From Macrostomum hystrix (Eukaryota; Animalia; Platyhelminthes): 64,000 nucleotides of DNA. The notes under the pieces are model-generated. The model worked only from the letters and a program-made list of their open reading frames with translations, did no database searches and was not told the DNA's origin. Shown piece after piece: positions 63,216 to 64,000 of the stretch (position 1 is its first letter; the number at the start of each line of letters is the position of its first letter). The stretch is taken from positions 310,001-374,000 of the forward strand of contig CATNEN010000041.1 of assembly GCA_950097015.1 (NCBI GenBank), read 5' to 3'. A program made the translations under genes and the position numbers.

Positions 63216-64000
63216 ATGGAGCTGGTCATTGGTGACGCTGTCAACGGCAGCAGCTGGCTCCTGAGCTCCACAGCTGCTGCGCCGGCTAAGAATAACGCCG
63301 CGGCGTCGCTCCGGCTGCTGTTGACGACTGTCATCATGGCGGGCGCCGCCCTGTCGGGCCTTGTCGTGGCCCGACTATGCAGACTGTACCTAGCCAGGGC
63401 CCCGCTGCCCAGCGATTCGGACAGCGAAATTAGCGAGCACACCAAGCAGCTGCTGCTCCTGCAGCGGCAGGGCGGCCGGAAGAGTCTTTCCGATGCTGAG
63501 AAGGCCCACTGGCGCGGCTTGGTGCTCGACATGTGGCGCCGACGACCAAGCGCGGAGGTCTTGGACGAAGAGCTTGGACTTGGAGCTTTCGGCGATGGCG
63601 GCGCAGCCTGTCAGGAGCGGAATCTGGACGGAGCGCTGCTCCGGCTGCGGGACGCCTGGAGGCGTCTACGGCCGCTGGACGAGGTCGAAGGCGAGGATGA
63701 CGCAGAACAGGCCAAAGTTGGCGAGGTCGCAGATGCCGAGTCTCAGTCGGCCCAGGAGCAGCAGCAGAGGTGCCGGCGCCTGGCGCATGAAAGCATGACG
63801 GAGCGCCTGGGGGCGGCCTGGCTGGCCCTCAGCCGGCAGATGGCCTCGCTTCCTGACGGAGAGGCGCGAGAGGATGCGAAATCTGAAGAGCCAGCGTCTG
63901 AGGAGAAGTTCCAGGATGCAGTCGAGACTGTTGAACGCTGTGGGTCGACCGATGAAGCTGATTCCGATGGTGTCGGGTCCGCAATGGAGGTAGAGTCCGA
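63216..64000 (+). CDS. Partial gene: N-terminal transmembrane anchor, helical/acidic region with FFAT-like motif
   Basis: The frame is open from ATG 63216 to the window end (so it is absent from the ORF track); GC3-rich. Hydrophobic LRLLLTTVIMAGAALSGLVVARL; EEPASEEKFQDAVE at 63888-63926. Confidence 0.7.
   Translation, partial: MELVIGDAVNGSSWLLSSTAAAPAKNNAAASLRLLLTTVIMAGAALSGLVVARLCRLYLARAPLPSDSDSEISEHTKQLLLLQRQGGRKSLSDAEKAHWRGLVLDMWRRRPSAEVLDEELGLGAFGDGGAACQERNLDGALLRLRDAWRRLRPLDEVEGEDDAEQAKVGEVADAESQSAQEQQQRCRRLAHESMTERLGAAWLALSRQMASLPDGEAREDAKSEEPASEEKFQDAVETVERCGSTDEADSDGVGSAMEVES

Overview
Eukaryotic, intron-rich animal genomic DNA. GC-rich coding exons, Ala-run-rich proteins and introns filled with minisatellites suggest a flatworm such as Macrostomum (inference; not testable here). 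Genes reconstructed by hand with phase-consistent splice sites: an intronless coiled-coil + NHL beta-propeller protein (+, 192-1580); a copine (-, 13 exons resolved, 7672-13095, 5' end unresolved); a divergent 3-exon TRPC-like channel (-, 23180-26517), head-to-head with a small secreted/TM Cys-rich Shisa-like gene (+, 27179-29249); a complete 7-exon Na+/K+-ATPase alpha subunit (-, 34409-44791) with a predicted GC-AG intron and a full-length but disabled mariner in intron 1; a neprilysin/M13 homologue lacking all zinc ligands (-, 47828-49791); a signal-peptide-bearing aldo-keto-reductase-fold protein lacking the catalytic residues (+, 52444-55076); two near-identical tandem genes fusing two C2H2 zinc fingers to an ALKBH3-like dioxygenase domain with altered cofactor ligands (+, 58906-60168 and 61240-62301); and the start of an N-terminally anchored protein with an FFAT-like motif (63216 to window end). 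About a quarter of the window (~16 kb, rough sum) is ~25 unrelated tandem arrays with 7-40 bp units, and these account for most of the long repetitive ORFs in the track. Also present: a CORE-type tRNA-derived SINE, a MITE-like inverted-repeat element and a 1.5-kb local duplication. The strongest candidate for an undescribed system is the duplicated ZnF-AlkB pair.
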